Positions 40,304 through 49,141 of a stretch of 64,000 nt of DNA are shown piece by piece. The stretch is from Oscillospiraceae bacterium (lineage in GTDB: Bacteria; Bacillota; Clostridia; UBA1381; UBA9506). The stretch is from assembly GCA_015068855.1 (NCBI GenBank), contig SVJS01000006.1:10105-74104 (forward strand), written 5' to 3'. The notes under the pieces are model-generated. The model saw nothing but the letters and a program-made list of their open reading frames with translations. It was not told the DNA's origin and did no database searches. The stretch's first letter is position 1. Every line of letters starts with the position of its first letter. Both the position numbers and the translations under genes were made by a program.

Positions 40304-40987
40304 TTAGTCTGATATCAAAAGCGGCTTAAAATGCAGATAATCCGCTGACACAAGATGATATAAAATACCATTGTGCTCCCCTATTGTCGCCATGGCATGG
40401 TGTCGTCCGTGCAGATGACCATAAAGGCAACGCGAGACTTTGTATTCTTCCATCAGGCGAACAAAATCCGATTGCGAAGAGGGCGGATAATGAAGCATGA
40501 CAAAAATGGTTTCTGCCCCGCTTTTTTTCGCCATGTCAAGAGACAATTGCAAACGGCTGACCTCGCGGTTATACAGCTTTTTATCCTCGTCGCTCTGCCC
40601 CGTGTCAGGATAGCCCTTGGCAGCGCAAACAGCAACATTACCTATCACGCGCACGGTGTTATGCAGAAATTCAATATCCTCAAACCCATGGGCAGAAAGC
40701 CAGTTATTCAGCTTATTCAGGGTCTCCCACCAATAATCATGATTCCCTTTGGAAATTAATTTCTTTCCGGGCAGTGAATGCAAAAATTGAAAGTCCGCCT
40801 CGGCGTCATCGATATACGTCGCCCAGGAAAGATCGCCCGGCAGCAAAACAACATCCTCAGGTCCTATGGTTTTGCACCAGTTCTCCTGCAGAGTCTCTAA
40901 ATAATTTTCCCATCTGGCGCCGAAAATATCCATCGGCTTATCACAAGATAACCCCAGATGCAGATCCGAAATGGCATAAATGGCCAT
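40304..40987 (-). CDS. metallophosphoesterase (calcineurin-like phosphoesterase family)
   Basis: Motifs are AISDLHLG, LPGDLSW, KGNHDYWW, MLHYPP and GHLHG. The start is at ATG 40987, 7 nt after AAGGAG. The track ORF is extended to 41020. Confidence 0.85.
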   Translation of the reverse strand: MAIYAISDLHLGLSCDKPMDIFGARWENYLETLQENWCKTIGPEDVVLLPGDLSWATYIDDAEADFQFLHSLPGKKLISKGNHDYWWETLNKLNNWLSAHGFEDIEFLHNTVRVIGNVAVCAAKGYPDTGQSDEDKKLYNREVSRLQLSLDMAKKSGAETIFVMLHYPPSSQSDFVRLMEEYKVSRCLYGHLHGRHHAMATIGEHNGILYHLVSADYLHFKPLLISD

Positions 40988-41004
40988 ACCCATACTCCTT
41001 ACGC

Positions 41005-41043
41005 TACAAAAAAAGCCCATTCCGGTACAGAATGGGCTTTTCT
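41005..41043 (-). terminator. rho-independent terminator after rpmA
   Basis: The stem is AAAGCCCATTC / GAATGGGCTTT (41012-41022 / 41030-41040). On the minus strand it is followed by a T-run. Confidence 0.75.
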
Positions 41044-41049
41044 TCTTTA

Positions 41050-41328
41050 TTATGCGGAATAAACGCTTACCTGCTTTTTATTCTTGCCTCTTCTTTCAAA
41101 CTTAACATGACCGTCAATCAAAGCAAACAGCGTATCATCGCCGCCCTTGCCCACATTGATACCGGGATGAATTTTAGTACCGCGCTGGCGAACCAAAATG
41201 TTACCGGCTAAAACAGCCTGACCGTCGCCTTTTTTAACGCCAAGACGTTTAGCTTCACTGTCACGACCGTTCTTTGTGCTACCAACACCCTTTTTATGAG
41301 CAAACAGCTGAATATCAAATTTAATCAC
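41050..41328 (-). CDS. rpmA: 50S ribosomal protein L27 with cleavable N-terminal extension
   Basis: GTG start at 41328, 7 nt after GGAGG, gives [32 protein letters not shown]. This is the Firmicute pro-L27 pattern cleaved before AHKKG by Prp. The track ORF is over-extended to 41367. Confidence 0.93.
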   Translation of the reverse strand: MIKFDIQLFAHKKGVGSTKNGRDSEAKRLGVKKGDGQAVLAGNILVRQRGTKIHPGINVGKGGDDTLFALIDGHVKFERRGKNKKQVSVYSA

Positions 41329-41407
41329 GGGATAACCTCCTTTTACATGGTGGCTCGGGCCACACATTCATTCTTTGCGACCACTGTCGCATTGTCTGCG
41401 TTCGGTT

Positions 41408-41734
41408 TTATTTCTTTTTCAAGCTGACATAGTCGCCATATTGCTCTGCCAAGTTCTCCATGGTTAACACCATGCTTGAAAGCAGAACGTCGGCATCGTG
41501 CCGCTTTTCATCACTGAGCACCGCTGGTAAACAGCAGGACAAATTGCCCTCTTCTACCGTTAATTCAGGCGCCAGACCGACCACATCCGTCAACCCGTTT
41601 ACCGCTGTCATCGCCGCTGTTGTTACCGCGGCACAAACAATGTCTGTTCCGTGTTCACCATAGCCGGCATGACCGCAAACCGTAAACCCTGTCAGTTGAC
41701 TTTTTTTGTTTTCGAATAAAGTAATTGTAATCAT
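41408..41734 (-). CDS. prp: ribosomal-processing cysteine protease Prp
   Basis: 108 aa. GHAGYGEHGTDIVCAAVT contains the catalytic His/Cys pair. It lies between rplU and rpmA. Confidence 0.9.
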   Translation of the reverse strand: MITITLFENKKSQLTGFTVCGHAGYGEHGTDIVCAAVTTAAMTAVNGLTDVVGLAPELTVEEGNLSCCLPAVLSDEKRHDADVLLSSMVLTMENLAEQYGDYVSLKKK

Positions 41735-41743
41735 AGGACGAAA

Positions 41744-42055
41744 TTAAGCATTGATTTTCTCAATGACAACTTTGGTATAAGGCTGTCTGTGACCCTGCTT
41801 TTTCGCATAGCCTTTTTTGGGCTTATACTTGAAAACAATGACCTTCTTAGCTTTGCCCTCAGCTGCAACCTTAGCGGTAACTGTTGCACCTTCAACAAAA
41901 GGAGCACCCACCTTTAAGTCGCTACCTTCACCAACAGCGCAAACTTCGCTGAAAGTTACGGTTTCATCAGCAGCCAGACCCAGCTTTTCAACGAAAACGG
42001 TATCGCCTTCGCTTACCTTATACTGTTTTCCGCCTGTTTGAATAATTGCGTACAT
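41744..42055 (-). CDS. rplU: 50S ribosomal protein L21
   Basis: [18 protein letters not shown] is the L21 N-terminus. ATG 42055 is preceded by GGAGGAGG. The track ORF is over-extended to 42112. Confidence 0.94.
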   Translation of the reverse strand: MYAIIQTGGKQYKVSEGDTVFVEKLGLAADETVTFSEVCAVGEGSDLKVGAPFVEGATVTAKVAAEGKAKKVIVFKYKPKKGYAKKQGHRQPYTKVVIEKINA

Positions 42056-42141
42056 ATTCTGCACCTCCTCCATCCTTGCTCGCTGTTCATCAGGGTAGGC
42101 AACACATGCCATTTATAACCCGGCACACGCGGCTATCAAAC

Positions 42142-42170
42142 AGTATACCACAGCATACAAAAAAAGTCAA
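42142..42170 (-). promoter_or_regulatory. sigma-A promoter of the rplU-prp-rpmA operon
   Basis: The minus strand has TTGACT (complement of 42165-42170), a 17-nt spacer and TATACT (complement of 42142-42147). A 16-bp AT palindrome AATTTTTATAAAAATT (42174-42189) lies just upstream and looks like an UP element. Confidence 0.7.
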
Positions 42171-42224
42171 CAAAATTTTTATAAAAATTGGAATCTTTCT
42201 TCCTATGTCTTTTTGTGACCTGTT

Positions 42225-43610
42225 TTATGAATGCGCCTTTCCTGCAAACGAAAAATAGTTCTTTGCATTATCGTAACAAATCCCCGTAACAAGCCGTTTT
42301 AGCATCTCGCTGTCATCAGGATATTCGCCCTGCTCCACCCAGGCGCCCAGCATGTTGCAGAGAATTCGTCTGAAATATTCATGCCTTGCAAAGGAAACAA
42401 AGCTGCGCGAATCCGTAAGCATACCGATGAAGGTGCCAAGCATCCCCAGGTTTGCCAGCGCCTTCATTTGCTGCTCCATACCGTCACGGTTATCATTAAA
42501 CCACCAGCCTGAGCCAAACTGAATTTTCCCTCGCACAGGCCCCTCTTGAAAATTGCCAAGCATCGTGCCTAAAACGTAGTTATCCTTAGGGTTTAAGGTA
42601 TATAAAATAGTCTTCGGTAAGGCTTTTTGTACGTCCAGAGCATCCAGAAATTTGGAAAGCTTCTCCGCAATAGGCCAATCATGAATGCTGTCAAAGCCCG
42701 TATCGGGGCCCAATGTTTCATACATTCGGCTGTTATTATTGCGCAGAGCACCGATATGCAGCTGCATGGTCCAGCCGTGCTTTGCATACTCTTTGGCACA
42801 AGTCTGCAAAATGCTCGTCTTAAAAACGTCCGCCTCTTCGGCCTCTATTTTAGCGCCCGCCATTTTTTTGTCAAACACGGCTTCGGCATGTCCCTCAGCA
42901 TAGGGAACATAGGTAAGACCATGGTCTGCCACGCGGCAGCCAACCTGATGAAAAAACTGAATTCGTTCGCCAAGCCAGCTTTTTAGTTTGGCAAAGCTGT
43001 CAATGCCGTTTGCCTCCATGTAACCGCTAAATGCCGGCAAATCAATATGAACCGCCTTATCGGGACGAAAGCTCGGCAAAACAGCCGTTTCAAAATTCTC
43101 TTTGGCAAGCTTCTGATGATACGTCAGGTCGTCTGCGGGGTCATCCGTTGTGCAGAGAATCTCCACATTGGATTTTCGGATGAGATTTCGTGTTGAAAAA
43201 TCCTCTTTTGCCAGGCATTCGTTAATGGTCTGCCATGTTATAAAGGCCGTTTTGGGACATAAAGGGACATCAATATCAAAATAGCGTTTCAGTTCCAAAG
43301 CCGTCCAATGATATAAGGGATTTCCAATCAAAAATGGCATGCAATCAGCGAAAAGCTTCCATTTTTCATAGGCTTCCCCGTCGCCTGTAATAAAGCGTTC
43401 ATCAATTCCAAAGGTTCGCATCTGGCGCCATTTATAATGGTCGCCGCTTAAAAACAGGTCACAGGCATCCGAAAACCTTGCATCCTCCGCTATCATTTTA
43501 GGCGATAGATGGCAATGATAGTCAATAATCGGCAATGGTTCTGCATAGGCTTTATAAAGCTCCTGACCCGTTTTGTTTGTAAACATAAACTTATCACAAA
43601 TAATACCCAT
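42225..43610 (-). CDS. uxaC: glucuronate isomerase
   Basis: UxaC pattern: LPIIDYHCHL, YHWTALELKRYF, LCTTDDP, HIGALRNNN, GSGWWFND and DSRSFVSFARHEYFRR. The start is at ATG 43610, 6 nt after AAGGAG. The track ORF starts at 43643. Confidence 0.93.
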   Translation of the reverse strand: MGIICDKFMFTNKTGQELYKAYAEPLPIIDYHCHLSPKMIAEDARFSDACDLFLSGDHYKWRQMRTFGIDERFITGDGEAYEKWKLFADCMPFLIGNPLYHWTALELKRYFDIDVPLCPKTAFITWQTINECLAKEDFSTRNLIRKSNVEILCTTDDPADDLTYHQKLAKENFETAVLPSFRPDKAVHIDLPAFSGYMEANGIDSFAKLKSWLGERIQFFHQVGCRVADHGLTYVPYAEGHAEAVFDKKMAGAKIEAEEADVFKTSILQTCAKEYAKHGWTMQLHIGALRNNNSRMYETLGPDTGFDSIHDWPIAEKLSKFLDALDVQKALPKTILYTLNPKDNYVLGTMLGNFQEGPVRGKIQFGSGWWFNDNRDGMEQQMKALANLGMLGTFIGMLTDSRSFVSFARHEYFRRILCNMLGAWVEQGEYPDDSEMLKRLVTGICYDNAKNYFSFAGKAHS

Positions 43611-43707
43611 ACCAATCTCCTTTTGCGTCCATTGTTGAAGCAACTTTCTGTTACAAGTATCGCCACTTGACGCACTTTTTATGTTTTTCCAAAATAAAAT
43701 CCTTTTC

Positions 43708-43736
43708 TTTACAAAAATTCTTTTTTCTGCTATACT
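43708..43736 (+). promoter_or_regulatory. sigma-A promoter for the ABC exporter gene
   Basis: TTTACA (43708-43713), 17-nt spacer, TATACT (43731-43736). Confidence 0.55.
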
Positions 43737-43784
43737 GAATAACAGAATCTTTGTAACTCGGCACGAAAGGAAGATACGCCACCT

Positions 43785-45521
43785 ATGTTAAAGCGCTTTG
43801 TCCGTTATTACGGACCTCACAAAAAAATGTTGGTTCTGGATATGCTGGCCGCACTGTTGATTTCGGTTATCGGCATGATGTATCCTGTGATAACAAATAA
43901 AATGCTGAATGTTTATATCCCCGAGAAAATGTATCGAACCATTGTCGTTGCCGGAGGTTTTGTGCTGGTTCTGTATATTCTCCGCATGTTTTTGCAGTAT
44001 TTTGTGCAGTACTACGGTCACAAAATCGGCGTGCACATGCAGTCCAAAATGCGTCAGGACCTGTTTACTCATTTGCAGAAATTGCCGTATTCTTTCTACG
44101 ACAACAACGAAACCGGCCAGATTATGACCCGCCTGACAAGCGACCTCTTTGAGATTTGCGAATTGGCGCATCACGGTCCTGAAAATGTTTTAATCAGCTC
44201 CGTCATGATTATTCTGTCCTTTTCTTACTTGCTGACCATTGACTGGATTTTAACGCTGATTATCTTTGCCTGCGTACCCATTTTAATCCTGATTACCGTT
44301 CATTACCGCAAAGCCATGAAACAAGCGTTTACGGAACGGCGCAGGAGCAATGCCCTCATTAATGCTGCTGTTGAAAGCAGTGTTACCGGCATTCGTGTGA
44401 CAAAGGCTTACACTAATGCAAAAGAAGAAATCAGCAAATTCAAAAAAGGCGATTCTGAATTTGTTGCCTCCTCCGGCAAAGCCTATAACGCCATGGCCAA
44501 ATTCCATGCTTCCACATCGTTTGTTTCTGATGTGTTTAATGTCTTTATTTTAATTGCTGGCGGTCTCTTTTTATATAATGGCCGTATTTCCTTCGGCGAC
44601 TATTCAACCTTTATTGTCTCGGTCAATTTATTTATCGGTCCGGTTAACACCTTAATTGGTTTTATGGAGCAGTTTCAGAACGGTGCCAGCGGTTTCAAGC
44701 GTTTTTGCGAAATCATGGACGAAAAGCCGGAGGCAGAACGACCCAATGCCGAGGAGCTGCAAAACGTTCAGGGGGATATCGAATTTAAGAACGTCAGCTA
44801 TGCCTATGGCGAGAATACAAAAGAGGTCATTCATGACATTAGCCTGCACCTGAAAAAAGGCGAAAAGCTTGCCTTGGTTGGCCCCTCCGGCGGCGGTAAA
44901 ACAACGCTTTGTCACCTGCTTCCTAATTTCTATCAGCTAAAAGAAGACAGCGGCACCATCACGATTGACGGGCGGGATATCCGTGATTTAACCTTAGAAT
45001 CCGTCCGGAAACACATCGGCATTGTGCAGCAGGATGTGTTCCTGTTTTCAGGAACCATCCGTGACAACATTCTCTACGGCAGACCGGATGCTAACGATGA
45101 GGACATTATTGTAGCTGCCAAACGGGCTAACATTCACGATTACATTATGACTCTTCCTAACGGCTATGATACAGACATTGGCGAACGCGGTGTTAAACTG
45201 TCCGGCGGACAAAAACAACGACTCAGCATTGCCCGTGTCTTTCTGAAAGACCCCGCCATTCTGATTTTGGATGAAGCCACCAGCGCTCTTGATAATACCA
45301 CCGAAGTTCTCATCCAGGAAGCACTTGATGAGCTTTGCAAAGGGCGCACAACTCTGGTGGTTGCACACCGGCTCTCCACCATCCGAAATGCGGATGAAAT
45401 CGCCGTTATTATGGAGGGGCGTCTTGCTGAACAGGGAACCCATGAAGCCCTCATGGAGAAAGGCGGCATTTATAAGGATTTATACAGTCTGCAATTCCGG
45501 GATGATGACCTTGTGAAATAA
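43785..45521 (+). CDS. ABC transporter, fused permease/ATPase (type I exporter, MsbA/MDR-like half transporter)
   Basis: 578 aa. It has 6 TM helices followed by an NBD with Walker A GPSGGGKTT, signature LSGGQKQR, Walker B ILILDEATSALD and the H-loop VAHRLST. Confidence 0.92.
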   Translation: MLKRFVRYYGPHKKMLVLDMLAALLISVIGMMYPVITNKMLNVYIPEKMYRTIVVAGGFVLVLYILRMFLQYFVQYYGHKIGVHMQSKMRQDLFTHLQKLPYSFYDNNETGQIMTRLTSDLFEICELAHHGPENVLISSVMIILSFSYLLTIDWILTLIIFACVPILILITVHYRKAMKQAFTERRRSNALINAAVESSVTGIRVTKAYTNAKEEISKFKKGDSEFVASSGKAYNAMAKFHASTSFVSDVFNVFILIAGGLFLYNGRISFGDYSTFIVSVNLFIGPVNTLIGFMEQFQNGASGFKRFCEIMDEKPEAERPNAEELQNVQGDIEFKNVSYAYGENTKEVIHDISLHLKKGEKLALVGPSGGGKTTLCHLLPNFYQLKEDSGTITIDGRDIRDLTLESVRKHIGIVQQDVFLFSGTIRDNILYGRPDANDEDIIVAAKRANIHDYIMTLPNGYDTDIGERGVKLSGGQKQRLSIARVFLKDPAILILDEATSALDNTTEVLIQEALDELCKGRTTLVVAHRLSTIRNADEIAVIMEGRLAEQGTHEALMEKGGIYKDLYSLQFRDDDLVK

Positions 45522-45531
45522 CAAAAAAAGA

Positions 45532-45565
45532 ACAGCCGTTCAAGCTTGAACGGCTGTCTTTTTTC
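45532..45565 (+). terminator. rho-independent terminator after ABC exporter
   Basis: A perfect 26-nt palindrome, ACAGCCGTTCAAG|CTTGAACGGCTGT (45532-45557), is followed by CTTTTTT. Confidence 0.9.
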
Positions 45566-45623
45566 CTTGCTGCAAAAGGGCTTTTGAAATATACAAAATT
45601 CCCAATTTTTTTCACAAAATCGA

Positions 45624-45652
45624 TTGACAGTTTAACCTTGATACTATATAAT
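45624..45652 (+). promoter_or_regulatory. consensus sigma-A promoter for the 703-aa protein/ROK/kinase/PMI gene set
   Basis: TTGACA (45624-45629), 17-nt spacer, TATAAT (45647-45652). Both hexamers are perfect consensus. Confidence 0.75.
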
Positions 45653-45748
45653 ATATATGTGTGGGTATGCCTGTTAACAACGGGTTTTAACACATATGGA
45701 AAGTATTAAGAAACGCTTACTGGCAATGCCAAAAACGGAGGGAGCAAA

Positions 45749-47860
45749 ATGTCAAAAATTGACCGTTACAAAGCAGGATTCAAAAAACCGGACAGACGCT
45801 ATGCGATTTATCCGATTCTCCACGGCAATTCCTTTGAAAAGGAAACCATTGAAACGTTAGACCGCCGCGGTTTTGCCGGTGTTGTTGGTAACGTTCCCTA
45901 CACGAAAGACTTCCCGAATGACCAGCCTGCCTGGGATAAAGCCATTAACGGCTTCAGGGAATACATAGATAAAGGCATGCATGCCTGGATTTACGATGAA
46001 GACGGCTATCCCTCCGGTTCTGCCAGAGGTCATGTAACCGAAACACATCCTGAATTTATCGCGCAGGGCCTCTATTGCTATAAATATTGGAGAGTTTTGA
46101 TAGGTCCCCGCAGCTACCGTTCGGACATTCCGGATGCCAAGCTGTATCGCGCTGTTTTAGTGCCCGCTGACGGCAAGGGTGACCCTGTTGATATCACGTC
46201 TTCCTTAAACGAGAATAATGTTCTTTATTTTGACATTCCCGAGGGTAAATACTACCTCTTTATCATGAGCATCCGTCGTTTATTTGACGGTACCCATGCA
46301 ACCCAAAGTTGGAGTGAACCCCGTAACTATATCAGTCTTTCTGACAAAGAGGCAACCAAGGCATTCATCCAGTGCACACACGAAAATTACAAAAAGCGTC
46401 TTTCCGATGAATTTGGCAAGGGCATTTTGGCTATGTTCACCGATGAACCGTCCCTGATTGCCTGGCAGATTACTGCCGGCGTTTTCCCCATCCTGCCGTG
46501 GTTACATTCTTATCCCAAGGATTTTGAAGCCAGATACGGCTACGATTTCATGTTAGCCTGTGTTGCTGTTGCATTGGAAGTGGGACAGGATGTCGTCAAA
46601 CGCCGTTGCGACTTTTGGGAATTCATTGCTGACACCGTTGCAGAGGGCTATTTTGCCTCCTTGCAGGATTGGTGTCATGAAAACAACTTAAAAGCCTCCG
46701 GTCACATGCTCCGCGAGGAAAGTCTGCAAGCCCATGTTTATAATTATGGTTCTTTCTATCGCGCTATGAAAAAGTTCGACTGGCCCGGCATTGACCAGCT
46801 CGAAGTTGACATTGCGCCTTTGATGAATGATTCTGAAATCCCCATCGCCCGCTTTATCGCATCCTTTGCCGATATCAGCGGCGAACGCGAGGTGTTTACG
46901 GAATTCCAGGATTTATGGTATCGCTTTACCGAGGATAAAATTGCCGGTATTGAATGCTATTACAACACTATTAACTGGCATTTAGCTATGGGCGTTAACA
47001 ACTTCACAAGCTATGCTTCTTACAAAAGTCTGACCGACGAGCAGATTTATGATATCAACCAGTACACGGCCCGTTCCGGTTACCTGCTTCGTCAGGGTAT
47101 TCGTGACAGCCGCATTGGTATCTTCTATCCGGAAGCAACCATGTGGGCCGACTACATCCTCAACTGCAACGAAGATGCTCGTGACGACTCCGAGAGAATG
47201 GTCTCTTTAGAAAAAACCTTTGCTGCTTCTGCCTGGGAGCTCCTGCATCGTCAGGTTGATTTTGACTATGTTGACTTTGAACTTTTGCTCAACGGCGTGG
47301 TTAAAGACGGCAAGTTAACCTATCGCGACCGTGCTTACTCTGTTATCGTGATGCCCGGCACCCGTGTTTTGCAGGATGCTGTTGCTGCCCGCTTGATTGA
47401 GCTGGCTGAAAACGGAATTACCGTTATGTTCTGCTATGAATTGCCGACTGTCTCCAGAGAAACAGGCCTTGCTTCTCCCTATGCGGAGAAGATTGCCGCT
47501 ATGATTAAAGACGGCAAGATGTTCCATGAAGGAAGCATCGAAAAAATCGGCGATTTCTATGATGCATGCCTGCCTGACAAGAGCCGCTCCATTCGTGTTT
47601 TAGACAAGGACGGCAACTATAATCACATGATTCTGTCTCACTGCCGTGTAACCGAAGACGGTTCTCAGGTTGTATATATTACAAACATGGGCGAGGCGGT
47701 CTTTACCGGTACGCTCTCCATCGTTGGAGACTTTGCCGAAGTATTTGAAGCAAATTCCTTTACCGGCGATATCGCCCCTGTTGCCTTTACAAAGGATGGC
47801 GACAGCGTTACCATATCCGTTTCCATTGAGCCCGGCGAAGGTAGATTCTATTTAGTATAA
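45749..47860 (+). CDS. cytoplasmic glycoside-hydrolase-like protein, family not identified
   Basis: 703 aa with no signal peptide and a strong RBS (GGAGGGAG). Motifs are GFAGVVGNVPY, HAWIYDEDGYPSGSARG, MFTDEPSL and PWLHSYPKDFEARYGYDF. They recall TIM-barrel glycosidases often annotated only as glycosyl hydrolase-like, possibly GH106-related. I cannot confirm the family. Confidence 0.55.
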   Translation: MSKIDRYKAGFKKPDRRYAIYPILHGNSFEKETIETLDRRGFAGVVGNVPYTKDFPNDQPAWDKAINGFREYIDKGMHAWIYDEDGYPSGSARGHVTETHPEFIAQGLYCYKYWRVLIGPRSYRSDIPDAKLYRAVLVPADGKGDPVDITSSLNENNVLYFDIPEGKYYLFIMSIRRLFDGTHATQSWSEPRNYISLSDKEATKAFIQCTHENYKKRLSDEFGKGILAMFTDEPSLIAWQITAGVFPILPWLHSYPKDFEARYGYDFMLACVAVALEVGQDVVKRRCDFWEFIADTVAEGYFASLQDWCHENNLKASGHMLREESLQAHVYNYGSFYRAMKKFDWPGIDQLEVDIAPLMNDSEIPIARFIASFADISGEREVFTEFQDLWYRFTEDKIAGIECYYNTINWHLAMGVNNFTSYASYKSLTDEQIYDINQYTARSGYLLRQGIRDSRIGIFYPEATMWADYILNCNEDARDDSERMVSLEKTFAASAWELLHRQVDFDYVDFELLLNGVVKDGKLTYRDRAYSVIVMPGTRVLQDAVAARLIELAENGITVMFCYELPTVSRETGLASPYAEKIAAMIKDGKMFHEGSIEKIGDFYDACLPDKSRSIRVLDKDGNYNHMILSHCRVTEDGSQVVYITNMGEAVFTGTLSIVGDFAEVFEANSFTGDIAPVAFTKDGDSVTISVSIEPGEGRFYLV

Positions 47861-47875
47861 AAAGCACTCGTTAAT

Positions 47876-47900
47876 GGGGTTGTAAATAGGCAACCCCTTT
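47876..47900 (+). terminator. weak hairpin or partial terminator between the 703-aa gene and the ROK gene
   Basis: GGGGTTG / CAACCCC (47876-47882 / 47891-47897) is followed by only TTT. Confidence 0.4.
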
Positions 47901-47961
47901 AACGCGCCACAATGCCATACTATCGATAAACGTTTTTATTCGTATAGTTTGGACAGACAAC

Positions 47962-49128
47962 TTGACTCAAAAAGCGTTGAATCCTAATGCAAACAGAGAA
48001 AGCAGGTTGATTATGACACGTGCGATTAATTCAGAATCCATGAAAGAGAATAACAGAAAACAAATTCTGCGCTTAATCATGAAGGGCGAGTATTCCCGTG
48101 CGAACATTGCAAAAATGACCGGCTTAACAAAGGCCGCTGTTTCCATTATTACCGAAAGTTTTTTGCAAATGAACCTGGTTACGGAAGAGCCCTCCACTTC
48201 ATTCAGCGTCGGACGTCGGCCATGGATTTTATCTCTGTGCGAAAACCGTTATTATGCAGTTGGCGTTAACATTTCGCGAACAAGCTATGAGGTTGGCATT
48301 CACAATCTCGTGGGCAAGGTTTTGATTAGCGAGAAAAAGCCGTTGCCCGATTGTGATCCCGACTTAATTTTAGAAGACATTCACGACATCATCTTAGCGC
48401 AACTAAAAGCGCAAAATATTGCACACGAGGATTTATTAGGCATTGGCGTCACCGCACCCGGCCCTATCGATTACGAAAACGGCGTTATTTTATCGCCGCC
48501 AAACTTCGAAAGATGGCATAATTATGAGCTGACAAGCAAAATGGGAGCGCTGTTTGACAACAGCTTTACCATTAAACTTGAAAACGTCTCCAACGCCGTG
48601 GCACTCTATGAAAATTATTATGGGAAACAAATCAATTCCGATAATTTCATGGTTGTTCTGGCAGACGACACGGGTATTGGTGCCGGCATTATCGTTGGTA
48701 ATGCTTTATACCGTGGCGCTACGGGCCTGGGCGGCGAATTTGGCCATATTTCCATTGATATAAACGGCAAACAATGCAGCTGCGGCAACAAAGGTTGCCT
48801 GGAACGCTATGCCGGCATTCCTGAGATTTTGAAGGATACACCATACAGCACATGGGAAGAAGCGATCGATGCAAACGACACGGGCTTAATAGAAAAAATG
48901 GCACATTACCTGTCCGCGGCATTAATCAGCGCCATTAATTTGTTTGATATTAATACTGTCATTCTGATGGGACATATCGGCTATAAGGCAGACGTGCTTT
49001 GCCATCTATTAGAAAACAAAATTAATGATCGAACGATTACAAAAAGCAGCGTTTCCATTGTAGCGTCTGATTTCAATAATTTAGTGGGCGTTGCAGGAAG
49101 CATCATGATTAATGACTTTTTAACCTGA
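47962..49128 (+). CDS. ROK-family transcriptional regulator (NagC/XylR type)
   Basis: It has an N-terminal wHTH (NRKQILRLIMKGEYSRANIAKMTGLTKAAVSIITESF), a sugar-kinase-like fold, and the ROK zinc motif GHISIDINGKQCSCGNKGCLERYAG. The start is uncertain among TTG 47962, ATG 48013 and ATG 48040. Confidence 0.88.
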   Translation: MTQKALNPNANRESRLIMTRAINSESMKENNRKQILRLIMKGEYSRANIAKMTGLTKAAVSIITESFLQMNLVTEEPSTSFSVGRRPWILSLCENRYYAVGVNISRTSYEVGIHNLVGKVLISEKKPLPDCDPDLILEDIHDIILAQLKAQNIAHEDLLGIGVTAPGPIDYENGVILSPPNFERWHNYELTSKMGALFDNSFTIKLENVSNAVALYENYYGKQINSDNFMVVLADDTGIGAGIIVGNALYRGATGLGGEFGHISIDINGKQCSCGNKGCLERYAGIPEILKDTPYSTWEEAIDANDTGLIEKMAHYLSAALISAINLFDINTVILMGHIGYKADVLCHLLENKINDRTITKSSVSIVASDFNNLVGVAGSIMINDFLT

Positions 49129-49141
49129 GGAGGTATCCCAT

